The notes under the pieces were generated by a model that did no database searches, was not told the origin of the DNA, and worked only from the letters and a program-made list of their open reading frames with translations. Shown piece by piece: positions 1-8,714 of a stretch of DNA of 64,000 nt (positions are counted from its first letter, which is position 1; each line of letters starts with the position of its first letter). The position numbers were made by a program, and so were the translations under genes. The DNA comes from Planctomycetota bacterium (GTDB lineage Bacteria > Planctomycetota > JAJSAM01 > JAJVHW01), in assembly GCA_965248445.1 (NCBI GenBank), contig CBDFJG010000002.1:736001-800000 (forward strand), in the 5' to 3' direction.

Positions 1-2
1 AG

Positions 3-215
3 CCTCTCGCCCCGCAGAAGGGACTCCCGCCCGCGCGGATCCCGGTGCAGCCATCGGTAGCCCCTGCGGTCCCGCCGACCGTCCGGCGTCCTCCGCCGCC
101 GAAGCCTCCCGTCATCCTGCCCCCCGTCAAGACGGGTGACGAGAGCGAGGACGACGAGGAGGAGACCCCTCCGGCCCCCGTCCCCAAGCGCCCGCAACTC
201 TCCGGCCCGCGCTAG
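3..215 (+). CDS. 3' end of an upstream gene (Pro-rich/acidic C-terminus), partial
   Basis: Frame is open from the window start to TAG at 213-215 and encodes ...PPPPKPPVILPPVKTGDESEDDEEETPPAPVPKRPQLSGPR*. Confidence 0.55.
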   Translation, partial: PLAPQKGLPPARIPVQPSVAPAVPPTVRRPPPPKPPVILPPVKTGDESEDDEEETPPAPVPKRPQLSGPR

Positions 216-218
216 CCG

Positions 219-278
219 ACGCGCCCTTCTGGCACTCTCCCTTCGCCGGCGCTCCCTCCGACTGCGCTCCCTTCGTCT
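219..278. repeat. Four imperfect 15-bp tandem repeats with core (G/A)C(G/T)C(T/G)CCCT(T/C)C(G/T)
   Basis: acgcgcccttctggc / actctcccttcgccg / gcgctccctccgact / gcgctcccttcgtct, intergenic. Confidence 0.6.
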
Positions 279-328
279 GGCAGGCCGACTTCTCCCGTGC
301 GCTGATACCCTCCGCGTCGGAGGCCCCG

Positions 329-649
329 ATGATCACGTTCGACGACTTCATGAAGGTCGATCTGCGCACTGCGGAGGTCGTGTCGGCCGAGAACCACCCC
401 GACGCGGACCGGCTGCTCGTGCTGCGCATCAAGGTCGGCGACGAGGAGCGTCAGATCGTCGCCGGCATCCGCGAGCACTACGCGCCGGCGGAGCTGGTCG
501 GCAAGACGATCGTGGTCGTCGCCAACCTAGAGCCGGTCAAGCTGCGCGGCGTCGAGAGCCAGGGGATGCTGCTCGCCGTGCGGGACAACGAAGCGGTGCG
601 CGTCCTCACGCCGGACGCCCCCGCCGCCTCCGGACTTCGCGTCTCCTGA
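329..649 (+). CDS. tRNA-binding domain protein (MetRS C-terminal/Trbp111/CsaA OB-fold family)
   Basis: ITFDDFMKVDLR...HPDADRLL...RQIVAGI...VANLEPVKLRGVESQGMLLA signature. Confidence 0.92.
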   Translation: MITFDDFMKVDLRTAEVVSAENHPDADRLLVLRIKVGDEERQIVAGIREHYAPAELVGKTIVVVANLEPVKLRGVESQGMLLAVRDNEAVRVLTPDAPAASGLRVS

Positions 650-655
650 CCCGCG

Positions 656-2356
656 ATGCTGCTCGAACTGCGCGTCCGCAACCTTGCGCTGATCGAGGAT
701 GCGCGCGTGCGCTTCGCACCGGGCCTCAACGTGCTGACCGGGGAAACCGGCGCGGGAAAGAGCCTCATCCTCTCCGCGCTCGTGTTGCTTCTCGGCGGAC
801 GCTGGTCGCGTGAGATGCTCCGCACCGGGGCGTCGTCCGCATCCGTGCGGGGCGTCTTCGAGATCTCCGACGACGACGTCGCCCGAGGCGTGTTCGCGGC
901 GATCGACGAAGAACCGCCGCGGACACCGGTAGAGATCGTCGTCACACGCCGCGTGGATGCGTCGGGCCGCAATCGCTGCGAGGTCGCGGGCAACCTCGTC
1001 CCCGTTGCGACTCTCCGCGCGCTCGCCGAAGTGATCGCGGAGGTCCACGTACAGGGCGAGCACCGCGCGCTCCTCGATCCGTTGCGGCAGACCGCACTGC
1101 TGGATCGGGCCGCCGGGCTGGGCCCGCAGCGCGCCGCGTTCGCAAACGCACTCCACGCGTGGCGGGAAGTCCGCACCCGCCTCGAAGTGCTGCGCCGCGG
1201 CGGGAATGCGCGGGAACGGCGCCTGGATGAACTGCGTGCGATCGTCGCAGAGGTCGCCGCCGTCGCGCTCGAGCCCGGCGAAGCCGACGCCTTGCGGCGG
1301 GAACGCGAACTGCTGGCAGCAGCAGAGCGCCACGCGGGGTCGGTCGAGGCCGCGAAGCGCGGAGTCTCCGACGGCGACGCGCAGGGCGCGTCCGCGGAGG
1401 ACCGCGTCGGTGCCGCGCTCCGGTCGATCGAAGAGGCAGCGGAACTGTCTCCTCAGGTCGGGGCTGCCGCCGAGGCGCTGGAGCGCGCGGCGGATGCGAT
1501 TGCAGAAGCGGGCCGGCACCTGGACGACGCGTTGTCGCGGCTCGAAGCTGACCCCGAGCGCCTCGAGACCGTGCAGGACCGCATCGAGGCGATCGGCGCT
1601 GTGCTGCGGAGACACGGACCCACCGAGGAGGCCGCACTCGCGAAAGCGGCAGACGCCGCGGAGGAAGCTGCGTCCCTCGCGGGAGACGACCGCGACGCGT
1701 CGGAACTGGAGGCGGCGGTCGCCGACGCGGCGAACGCGGCGCTCGCTGCCGGTCGGGCGCTCGACGACGCGCGCGTCACGGCCGGGAGCGGGTTCGCCGC
1801 CGACGTGCGCGCGGCACTCGGCGAGCTCGACATGGCGCGTACGCGCTTCGAGGTCGCGCTGCCTTCCCGCGGCGACGCCCCCCTCGGCGCCGCATCGGAG
1901 ATCGGACTGGGCCCTATCGAGTTCGTGGCGTCGCCCAACCCGGGCGAGGAACTCAAGCCCCTCGCCCGGATCGCGTCCGGCGGCGAGTTGGCCCGCACCG
2001 CGCTTGCTATTCGCGGACGGCTCGCCGGCGCCGACGGTCTGGGGATCCTCGCGTTCGACGAGGTGGACGCCGACGTCGGACCGCGGCTCGGCGACGTCAT
2101 CGGCAGGCGGTTGGCGGCACTTGCTGCGGAGCGGCAGGTTCTCGCAGTCACCCACCTGCCGCAGGTCGCGGCGCACGGCGCGCACCACCTGCGGGTGCGC
2201 AAGACCGTCGAGGCGGGACGCACACACGTGGGGGTGGACGCGCTCGAAGGCGATGAACGAACGCTCGAGATCGCCGAGATGATCCGCGGCGCCGCGCGTG
2301 CCCACGAGGCGCTCGATCAGGCCCGCGCGATGCTCACCGAAGCGGCGTCGCGCTGA
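656..2356 (+). CDS. recN: DNA repair protein RecN
   Basis: LTGETGAGKS Walker A, IASGGEL signature, FDEVD Walker B, VTHLPQVAA; 566 aa. Confidence 0.96.
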   Translation: MLLELRVRNLALIEDARVRFAPGLNVLTGETGAGKSLILSALVLLLGGRWSREMLRTGASSASVRGVFEISDDDVARGVFAAIDEEPPRTPVEIVVTRRVDASGRNRCEVAGNLVPVATLRALAEVIAEVHVQGEHRALLDPLRQTALLDRAAGLGPQRAAFANALHAWREVRTRLEVLRRGGNARERRLDELRAIVAEVAAVALEPGEADALRRERELLAAAERHAGSVEAAKRGVSDGDAQGASAEDRVGAALRSIEEAAELSPQVGAAAEALERAADAIAEAGRHLDDALSRLEADPERLETVQDRIEAIGAVLRRHGPTEEAALAKAADAAEEAASLAGDDRDASELEAAVADAANAALAAGRALDDARVTAGSGFAADVRAALGELDMARTRFEVALPSRGDAPLGAASEIGLGPIEFVASPNPGEELKPLARIASGGELARTALAIRGRLAGADGLGILAFDEVDADVGPRLGDVIGRRLAALAAERQVLAVTHLPQVAAHGAHHLRVRKTVEAGRTHVGVDALEGDERTLEIAEMIRGAARAHEALDQARAMLTEAASR

Positions 2357-2468
2357 GCCTGCGCCAGCGATCCGATGGGCGGCACTTCCGTCGGCGAGCC
2401 GCGCCGGTCGATGTAGAACCGTGACGTCACAGAACTCTCATCTGAAGGCTCCCGCCGCTCCCGTCGTT

Positions 2469-3431
2469 ATGCCCGATCTCCCACACGCCGTGAAGTTGCT
2501 GCCCCGCTTCCTCCCGAAGCCGTGGGGCGGCCGGCGCATGGCGCAGGCGCTCGGGATGGAACTGCCGGGCCGCGACCCGATCGGCGAGTGCTGGCTCGTG
2601 CACGACCGGGACGGCCGATCCAGCGAGATTGCCGACGGCCCGCTCGCCGGGCGGACGATCGGCGAGTTCCGCGGCGACGACCCGTTCCCGCTGCTCGTGA
2701 AGATCCTCGACGCATCGCAGCCGCTGTCGGTGCAGGTACACCCCGGTCCGGAGGCCGCCGAGCGTCTCGGGGCGGAGCAGAAGAGCGAGTGCTGGTTCGT
2801 GCTCCACGCGGAGCTGGACGCCAAGGTGTACCGAGGCCTGCGGGACGGCGTGACGCGCGAAGACGTCGCGCGCGCCGCCGACGACGGGTCGTTCGCCGAC
2901 TTGCTGCACCCGGTCCCGGTCAGCGCGGGCGACACCATCTATGTTCCCGCCGGCACGGTCCACACGATCGGCGCCGGCGTGCTTCTCGCCGAGGTCCAGC
3001 AGAACAGCGACACGACCTATCGTCTCCACGACTGGGGGCGGGTCGGCCTCGCCGGCCGTCCGCGCGACCTGCACGTCGAGAGCGCGTTGGAGTCGATCGA
3101 GTTCGGACCCCGGGGCGAGGACACAATCCCGATGCAGCTGATCGAGGACGACGGCCCGGTCCGCCGCCTGCTGCTCGTCCGCTCGACTCACTTCACCGTC
3201 GAGCACGTCACGGCAATGGGCACGTTCACGCTGACGGCTCCCGCATCCGACGACGGAACGTGGCGGGTGCTGCACGTGCTCGCCGGCGCCGGCAACCTGC
3301 GCCCGTTCGACCGCAAATCCCCCGCGATCGAGTTCGCTACCGGCGAAACACTCCTCCTGCCATCGCGCTTCGAGGAGTACGAGGTCGAACTCGGCGCAAC
3401 GGTCCTGCGCGCAATGCTCTTCCGGCGTTAG
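2469..3431 (+). CDS. manA: Class I mannose-6-phosphate isomerase
   Basis: KPWGG, PIGECW, FPLLVKILDA..LSVQVHP, KSECW, GTVHTIG, EVQQNSDTTYRLHDW; start re-assigned to ATG 2469. Confidence 0.9.
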   Translation: MPDLPHAVKLLPRFLPKPWGGRRMAQALGMELPGRDPIGECWLVHDRDGRSSEIADGPLAGRTIGEFRGDDPFPLLVKILDASQPLSVQVHPGPEAAERLGAEQKSECWFVLHAELDAKVYRGLRDGVTREDVARAADDGSFADLLHPVPVSAGDTIYVPAGTVHTIGAGVLLAEVQQNSDTTYRLHDWGRVGLAGRPRDLHVESALESIEFGPRGEDTIPMQLIEDDGPVRRLLLVRSTHFTVEHVTAMGTFTLTAPASDDGTWRVLHVLAGAGNLRPFDRKSPAIEFATGETLLLPSRFEEYEVELGATVLRAMLFRR

Positions 3432-3467
3432 CCGAGCCGCGCACGGTCCACGTCACCTCACGAGCGC

Positions 3468-3592
3468 GGGCGGGCGCGGCGGCCCGCCCCCTGAGATCAT
3501 GGCGCCTTGGAGGCGCCACAGACCGAACGCCCGCGACGCGAGTCCGCGTGTCAGCGGACTCGGGGGCAAACGACGTAAACAACGTCGTTTGC
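3468..3592. other. Cluster of four perfect hairpins between convergent genes (terminator array or structured RNA)
   Basis: Stems at 3468-3475/3482-3489, 3500-3507/3511-3518, 3539-3547/3554-3562 and 3566-3576/3582-3592. Confidence 0.6.
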
Positions 3593-3625
3593 AACGGGAG
3601 CAGCGCGAGCGGTGGAACGCGAACC

Positions 3626-4744
3626 CTACCGCCCGGTGCCGGTGACGACTCGCGGCGGCGCGTCCCAGACGATCAGCTTCCCTGGGTACACGTGATCGGT
3701 CACGGCCCAGACCTTGGCGCCGGTGCTATCTAGCGCGAATGCGTCGTGGCCCTCCGGGAAGGGCTCGAGCTCGCGAACGGTGGCCCCCGTGAGCGGGTCG
3801 AGGAAGACAGCGGAGCCGTGCTTGCCGACGAGCAGGCCGTTCCCGTTCGGAGCGAGCAAGAGACCGTTGTGGGCGTTGTTGCGCTCGAAGTTCCACAGCC
3901 ACCGTTGTTCTGCCACATCCCAGCCGCGCAACACGCACCGCCTGGGTGGCGCGGAGCGGCCGGAGCCGGAGACGTGAGCCCCGGCAGCGAACACGGTCTT
4001 TCCGTCATCGGCCACGGCCACGTAGCTCCACACCTGGACGGGCCGCTTCGCAAGCGCGTCGGCGTCGGCGGGCGGCGTGTCCACGAACGACGCCTCGAGG
4101 GACCATCCGGTCTTCTCCTCGCCGCGCGCGTAGACGTTCACTTGTGTCTTGTGCTCGGCCGAGCTGAGCACGAGGGCGAGCCGTTCACCCTCGGGCGAGA
4201 ACGCGATCGCGTGCGGGAACTTGCCGTCGCCGAACGAGATCTCCTGCGGCCTGGTCGGTCTCCGCAGGTTCACGATCTGCAGCATCCCCCCCCAGTGTGC
4301 GAGCGCGACCTCGGGGCGCATCGACGACGCGGCGAAGATCCTCACGCCGACGTGTGCGCTCCGGTCCTTCTTGTTCCATGTCGGCGCGAGCTTCGTCCGC
4401 AGAGCGCCCGTTGAGGTCGTCCAGACGCGGACGAAGTCGCGCTCGTGCCAGGACACGAGCAGCTTCCCGTCCGGTCCCGCAAACGCGATCCTCGGGGCAC
4501 CGATTGCGTCCTTGCCCGGGAGCTTGGTGAAGCGCAGGAACTTGCCGCGTCTCGGATCCGCGATACCGATGCCCATTCCCATCGCGAACGCGGCGACCTT
4601 CCCGTTTCCCGAGATCGCCAGGTCGGCGAACGAGTAGCCCTGCTTCGGTTCGAGGACGAGCCGCGGCTCCGGCCGCTTGCCGGCGGCGATCGCGGCGCCG
4701 ACGAGGGCGAGACCGAGGACCGCGGCGAGAACGGTGTTGCGCAC
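3626..4744 (-). CDS. Secreted WD40/beta-propeller-like protein
   Basis: Signal peptide (VRNTVLAAVLGLALVGAAIAA); repeats AISGNGK, VRVWTTSTG, IAFSPEGERLA, LRGWDV, LIVWD; start re-assigned to GTG 4744. Confidence 0.7.
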   Translation of the reverse strand: MRNTVLAAVLGLALVGAAIAAGKRPEPRLVLEPKQGYSFADLAISGNGKVAAFAMGMGIGIADPRRGKFLRFTKLPGKDAIGAPRIAFAGPDGKLLVSWHERDFVRVWTTSTGALRTKLAPTWNKKDRSAHVGVRIFAASSMRPEVALAHWGGMLQIVNLRRPTRPQEISFGDGKFPHAIAFSPEGERLALVLSSAEHKTQVNVYARGEEKTGWSLEASFVDTPPADADALAKRPVQVWSYVAVADDGKTVFAAGAHVSGSGRSAPPRRCVLRGWDVAEQRWLWNFERNNAHNGLLLAPNGNGLLVGKHGSAVFLDPLTGATVRELEPFPEGHDAFALDSTGAKVWAVTDHVYPGKLIVWDAPPRVVTGTGR

Positions 4745-4799
4745 GATCCAGAGGTTACCGGAAGCGGAGCTGCCCAACCGACGCGCGTGAAAGGCCGAC

Positions 4800-6173
4800 C
4801 TAGTCCAACCAGCCGGACTTGTTGATCTGGACCAGCCCGGCCTCGAGTTCGCCGGCCCGCATGCGCGCCAGTCCCTGACCGAGGGCAAGCAGCCGGTCGT
4901 CCGGATTGGCCTCCCGCGCGGACGTGTAGGCATCGAGCGCTGCGTCGACCTCGCCGTTCTCGAGCAGCGCCCACGCCAGGTGGCGCCTTGGCACAGTCGT
5001 CGCCGGCGCCTTCCCCACTGCGGCGAGCAGCAGTTCGACGGCCCGCTTACGCTGCCCGGAGAGCAGGAAGGCGGCACCGGCGTCCGCGAGCACGTCGGCC
5101 GGCGGATCCGTCTCCGCAGCGAGCAGTAGATCGTAGTGCTCGAGCGCCTCGGACAGGTCGTCCCGTACGTGCAGCAGGCGTGCGAGGCGCGTGCGCTTCG
5201 CGGCGTCGCTCGGCTCGTCGACGAGCTGGTCACGCAGCTCCCGGATGGCCTGGTCGCGTTCCCTTCCGGTCACGCGCATCGCCGGACGCGAACCCGTCAG
5301 CTGACGCCCCGAGTGGAGGGTAAGTACGCGTCTGAAGTGCGCGTCCGCCGCGTTGCGAGCGGCGTCGTCGCCCTGCTCGGCGGCGATGCTGAGCAGGCGA
5401 TACAGGTACACGTGATTGTGGATGTCGCCTCCGTTGAGGTCGACGGCGGTACGCATCGCGTCGATGGCCTCACTCAGCCGCGCTTGATCACGCGCATAGA
5501 TGAGATTGCCGAGCCGCAGCCATGCCGTGGCGCAACGCGGATCGCGTTCGGTCGCCTCGCGCTGCTTCGCCTCCGCTTCATCCAGCTTGCCGAGCGCCTG
5601 GAGCGCCAGCCCCAGTTCGCTCCGCCACATCGCTTCGCTCTGGCGCTGCTTCGAAGCCTGGCGCAACTCGCGCACGGCGTCCCGGAACCGACCCTGCCGG
5701 TAGAGGACGGTGCCGAGCAGGAAGCGCGCGTCCGCGTCGCCCTTCTCGATCTCGAGCCAGCCGCGATAGGTCGCCTCGGCCTCGCCCAGCTGACCGAGCC
5801 GATCGAGAGAGTCCGCGAGCCCGTGTCGCGGTGACGGGTCCCGCGGCGCAAACTCGACGGCCCGCCGCAGCACGACCACGGCTTCGTCGTGCTGGCCGAG
5901 TTCACGCAGCACGTGACCGAGGAGCACGTGCGCGTCGGCGTTCTTCGGATCGACGTCGACGACGCTGCGCAAGAGGGGTTCCGCATCCGTTTCGCCGCCT
6001 GCCGCGATCAGGCGACGCGCCGTCGCAAGATCCTCCGCGGCGCGCAGCACGTTCTCAGCGGGAACCACCAGTTCGGGCACTGCGTCATCCGAAATCTCCT
6101 CGGGAGAGCATCCGCCAGTGAACGCGAGCGTCATCGCGATGCACAAGACGGTCGAGCGGCAGCTTGCGCGCAT
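4800..6173 (-). CDS. TPR-repeat lipoprotein
   Basis: Lipobox-like LAFTGGC and multiple TPR units (DPKNADAHVLLGHVLRELGQHDEA); start ATG 6173. Confidence 0.8.
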   Translation of the reverse strand: MRASCRSTVLCIAMTLAFTGGCSPEEISDDAVPELVVPAENVLRAAEDLATARRLIAAGGETDAEPLLRSVVDVDPKNADAHVLLGHVLRELGQHDEAVVVLRRAVEFAPRDPSPRHGLADSLDRLGQLGEAEATYRGWLEIEKGDADARFLLGTVLYRQGRFRDAVRELRQASKQRQSEAMWRSELGLALQALGKLDEAEAKQREATERDPRCATAWLRLGNLIYARDQARLSEAIDAMRTAVDLNGGDIHNHVYLYRLLSIAAEQGDDAARNAADAHFRRVLTLHSGRQLTGSRPAMRVTGRERDQAIRELRDQLVDEPSDAAKRTRLARLLHVRDDLSEALEHYDLLLAAETDPPADVLADAGAAFLLSGQRKRAVELLLAAVGKAPATTVPRRHLAWALLENGEVDAALDAYTSAREANPDDRLLALGQGLARMRAGELEAGLVQINKSGWLD

Positions 6174-6178
6174 CGGGT

Positions 6179-6832
6179 TCACTCTCTCTCGAGAACCAGT
6201 GCGAGGCGCGTGACGGCAACGCGATCGGCCGAGACGAGTCCCCCGCCGTCCACGTCGGCCGCGAAGTGGCGGAGCGATTCCTCGGTGTCGCCGCGGGCGG
6301 CGGTCAACGGCACGCTCTCGGCCCAGAGCACCTCGTCGCCACGCGCGAATCCACTGGCTGTCGGGAACGCGCGCACCTGCCGCCGGGTGGGCGTCCAGGT
6401 GTGCTCCACGTTCCGGAGGCGGCCGAGGACGTTCCAGTCGGCCCGCGCCGCCGCGTCGTCGGGCGCAACGGCCTGAACGAGGAGCGCGCGCCCGCCGCGG
6501 CCGAGTGCGTCGGCCACGGTGCGGAACGCCCATGCGGGGTCGAGCACGCGGTCCACGACGTCGATGAGGACGATCAGGGCCCAACCTCCGTCGTTGGCCG
6601 GCAGCGGTTGCGTCTCTCCGTCACGAAACGGCAATCCGTCGGCGCGCGACTGCCGCAGCAGGGTCGCGCCGGGGAACAGCGCAGCGATCCACTCGCAGTC
6701 GGGCGGAACGGAACCGTCGACGATGAGCACGTTGCCGTCCTCGCCGCTGAGCTGGCCGCCGAGAAGAGCCGCGAGATCCGGACGGTCCTCCGCGACGGGC
6801 TTCTGGAAGAGTGCGCGCAGCGCCTGGATCAC
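6179..6832 (-). CDS. Divergent class I SAM-methyltransferase-like protein
   Basis: LPANDGGWALIV...VLDPAWAFRTVADALGRGGRALL resembles MTase motifs II/III, with no clear GxGxG; GTG overlaps the nth stop. Confidence 0.5.
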   Translation of the reverse strand: MIQALRALFQKPVAEDRPDLAALLGGQLSGEDGNVLIVDGSVPPDCEWIAALFPGATLLRQSRADGLPFRDGETQPLPANDGGWALIVLIDVVDRVLDPAWAFRTVADALGRGGRALLVQAVAPDDAAARADWNVLGRLRNVEHTWTPTRRQVRAFPTASGFARGDEVLWAESVPLTAARGDTEESLRHFAADVDGGGLVSADRVAVTRLALVLERE

Positions 6833-7608
6833 GATGGCCTCCGCGCACGCGTGGCCTTGGCCCTCTTCTTCTCCCGGCCATTCTTCGCACGCGCCCTCTT
6901 CTTCCCCCGGGGGCTGGTCCGCTCGCGGCGATCGGGCAGGCGACGCGGCTTCGCGACGTCTTGCCGCGACGGACAGACGTCGGCCAGCGTGCACACAGTG
7001 CACCGCGGCGTGCGCGCGACGCACACCCGCCGTCCGTGGTGGATCACCCTGTGACTGAAGTCCGTCCACTCGGCACGCTCGAGGATCTGCATGAGATCCT
7101 GTTCGACCTTCTTCGGGTCGTGCTGACGCGACAGCGCGAGCCGATGCACGATCCGGTGCACGTGGGTGTCGACCACGACCCCTGCGTTCTGTCCGAACGC
7201 CGTGCCGAGCACGACGTTTGCGGTCTTGCGCGCCACGCCGGGTAGCGCGACCAGCGCGTCGATGTCGGCCGGCACCTCGCCTCCGTGCAGTTCGACCAGC
7301 CCCCGCGCCATCCCGATCAGGTTCTTCGCCTTGTTGCGGAAGAAGCCCGTGCTGCGGACGACCTCCTCGACCTCCTCCTGCTCCGCGCCGGCCAGCGTCC
7401 CGGCGTCCGGCCACCGGCTGAACAGCTCGGGCGTGACCATGTTCACGCGGACGTCGGTGCACTGCGCGGACAGGATCGTCGCTGCGAGGAGCTGGAACGG
7501 CCCCCGGTGCACGAGGGCGCACTCCGCCTCGGGGTACTCTTCGGCGAGGCGGGAGACGACCTCGGCCGCGTGCTCGCGACGACGTGCCTTGGATGCGATT
7601 CGGACCAA
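6829..7608 (-). CDS. nth: Endonuclease III
   Basis: ILSAQCTDVRVN, HhH motif LPGVARKTANVV, VDTHV, [4Fe-4S] motif CVARTPRCTVCTLADVC. Confidence 0.96.
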   Translation of the reverse strand: MVRIASKARRREHAAEVVSRLAEEYPEAECALVHRGPFQLLAATILSAQCTDVRVNMVTPELFSRWPDAGTLAGAEQEEVEEVVRSTGFFRNKAKNLIGMARGLVELHGGEVPADIDALVALPGVARKTANVVLGTAFGQNAGVVVDTHVHRIVHRLALSRQHDPKKVEQDLMQILERAEWTDFSHRVIHHGRRVCVARTPRCTVCTLADVCPSRQDVAKPRRLPDRRERTSPRGKKRARAKNGREKKRAKATRARRPS

Positions 7609-7811
7609 CTGGGAGGCTCTCCTGAAGCCAGAGCGGCGCCCGCTCCGCCTCGCCGGCGCTGGAAAGCGAGGCGGGCCTCGGGGCGGGGGTATCGTAGCCG
7701 TTCGCTCGCCCGCCCCTCAGTACGGCGGCGGGGTGACGGCGCTCCGATTGCCGGCGCCGACTGGACACCAGACACGCTCACTCACACGCTCACTTCCATG
7801 GGGACTTCGCG

Positions 7812-8714
7812 GTGGAGATTCGGCTCCAGAAGCTGATCGCACAGGCCGGCGTCGCAAGCCGCCGGGAGGCCGAGCGTCTGATTGACGCCGGCCGCGTCCA
7901 GGTCAACGACCGCGTGATCCGCGAACAGGGCGTCAAAGTCGACCCGGCGACCGACGAGGTGCGCGTCGACACCGTGCCCCTGCCCAGGCAGCCGCGGCGG
8001 CACACGTACATCCTCCTCAACAAGCCGAAGGGCACGCTCTGCACGGTGCGCGATCCGCACGGCCGCAGAACGGTTCTCGATCTCGTCCCGCCCCTGCCGG
8101 GCAAGCGCCTGTTCCCGGTCGGGCGTCTCGACGAGAACAGCACAGGACTCGTGCTCCTCACCAACGACGGAGAGATGACCGAACGTCTGACGCACCCCCG
8201 CTACCGCGTCCCGAAGGTCTACGACGTCCGTGTACGCGGCCGGTTGACGCCCGCCGACGCCAAGAAGTTCGAGGCAGGCGTCTGGCTCTCCGACGGCAAG
8301 ACCGGACGCTCGCGCGTGCAGATCAGGCGATCGGGCCCGAAGGTCACACACATTGCCGTGACGCTGAACGAAGGGCGCAACCGTGAGATCCGCCGTGCGC
8401 TCGCCAAACTCGGGTTCCCGGCCCTCTCGCTGCGGCGCATGCAGATCGGTCCCATCGTTGCGCGCGGGCTGAAGGTCGGGCAGTACCGGCCGCTCGACGC
8501 GGGAGAGGTCGCGGCGCTGCGCCGGACGGCGGAAGAGGGCGGCGACGTGCGCCCGCTGCGCCGCCGCACCAACTCCGGATCGAGCCGTCAACGCGGGAAG
8601 CCGGATCCGGCACGGCGCGGCCGCTCGCCGGCGAAGCGCTCGTCCTCACGCGGACGTGGCCGCACGACCTCACGCAAGGGGCCGGCCGCGGGACGCGCGA
8701 GGCCGCAGCGTTGA
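7812..8714 (+). CDS. rluB: RsuA/RluB-family rRNA pseudouridine synthase
   Basis: S4 domain RLQKLIAQAGVASRREAE, catalytic VGRLD, LLTNDG, EGRNREIRR; basic C-terminal tail. Confidence 0.88.
   Translation: MEIRLQKLIAQAGVASRREAERLIDAGRVQVNDRVIREQGVKVDPATDEVRVDTVPLPRQPRRHTYILLNKPKGTLCTVRDPHGRRTVLDLVPPLPGKRLFPVGRLDENSTGLVLLTNDGEMTERLTHPRYRVPKVYDVRVRGRLTPADAKKFEAGVWLSDGKTGRSRVQIRRSGPKVTHIAVTLNEGRNREIRRALAKLGFPALSLRRMQIGPIVARGLKVGQYRPLDAGEVAALRRTAEEGGDVRPLRRRTNSGSSRQRGKPDPARRGRSPAKRSSSRGRGRTTSRKGPAAGRARPQR

Noticed and set aside
3566..3595. GCAAACGACGTAAAC resembles the start of the tmRNA tag (ANDEN)
   Set aside because: No tRNA-like ends and no Ala-Ala-stop tag end; it is one arm of a palindrome.
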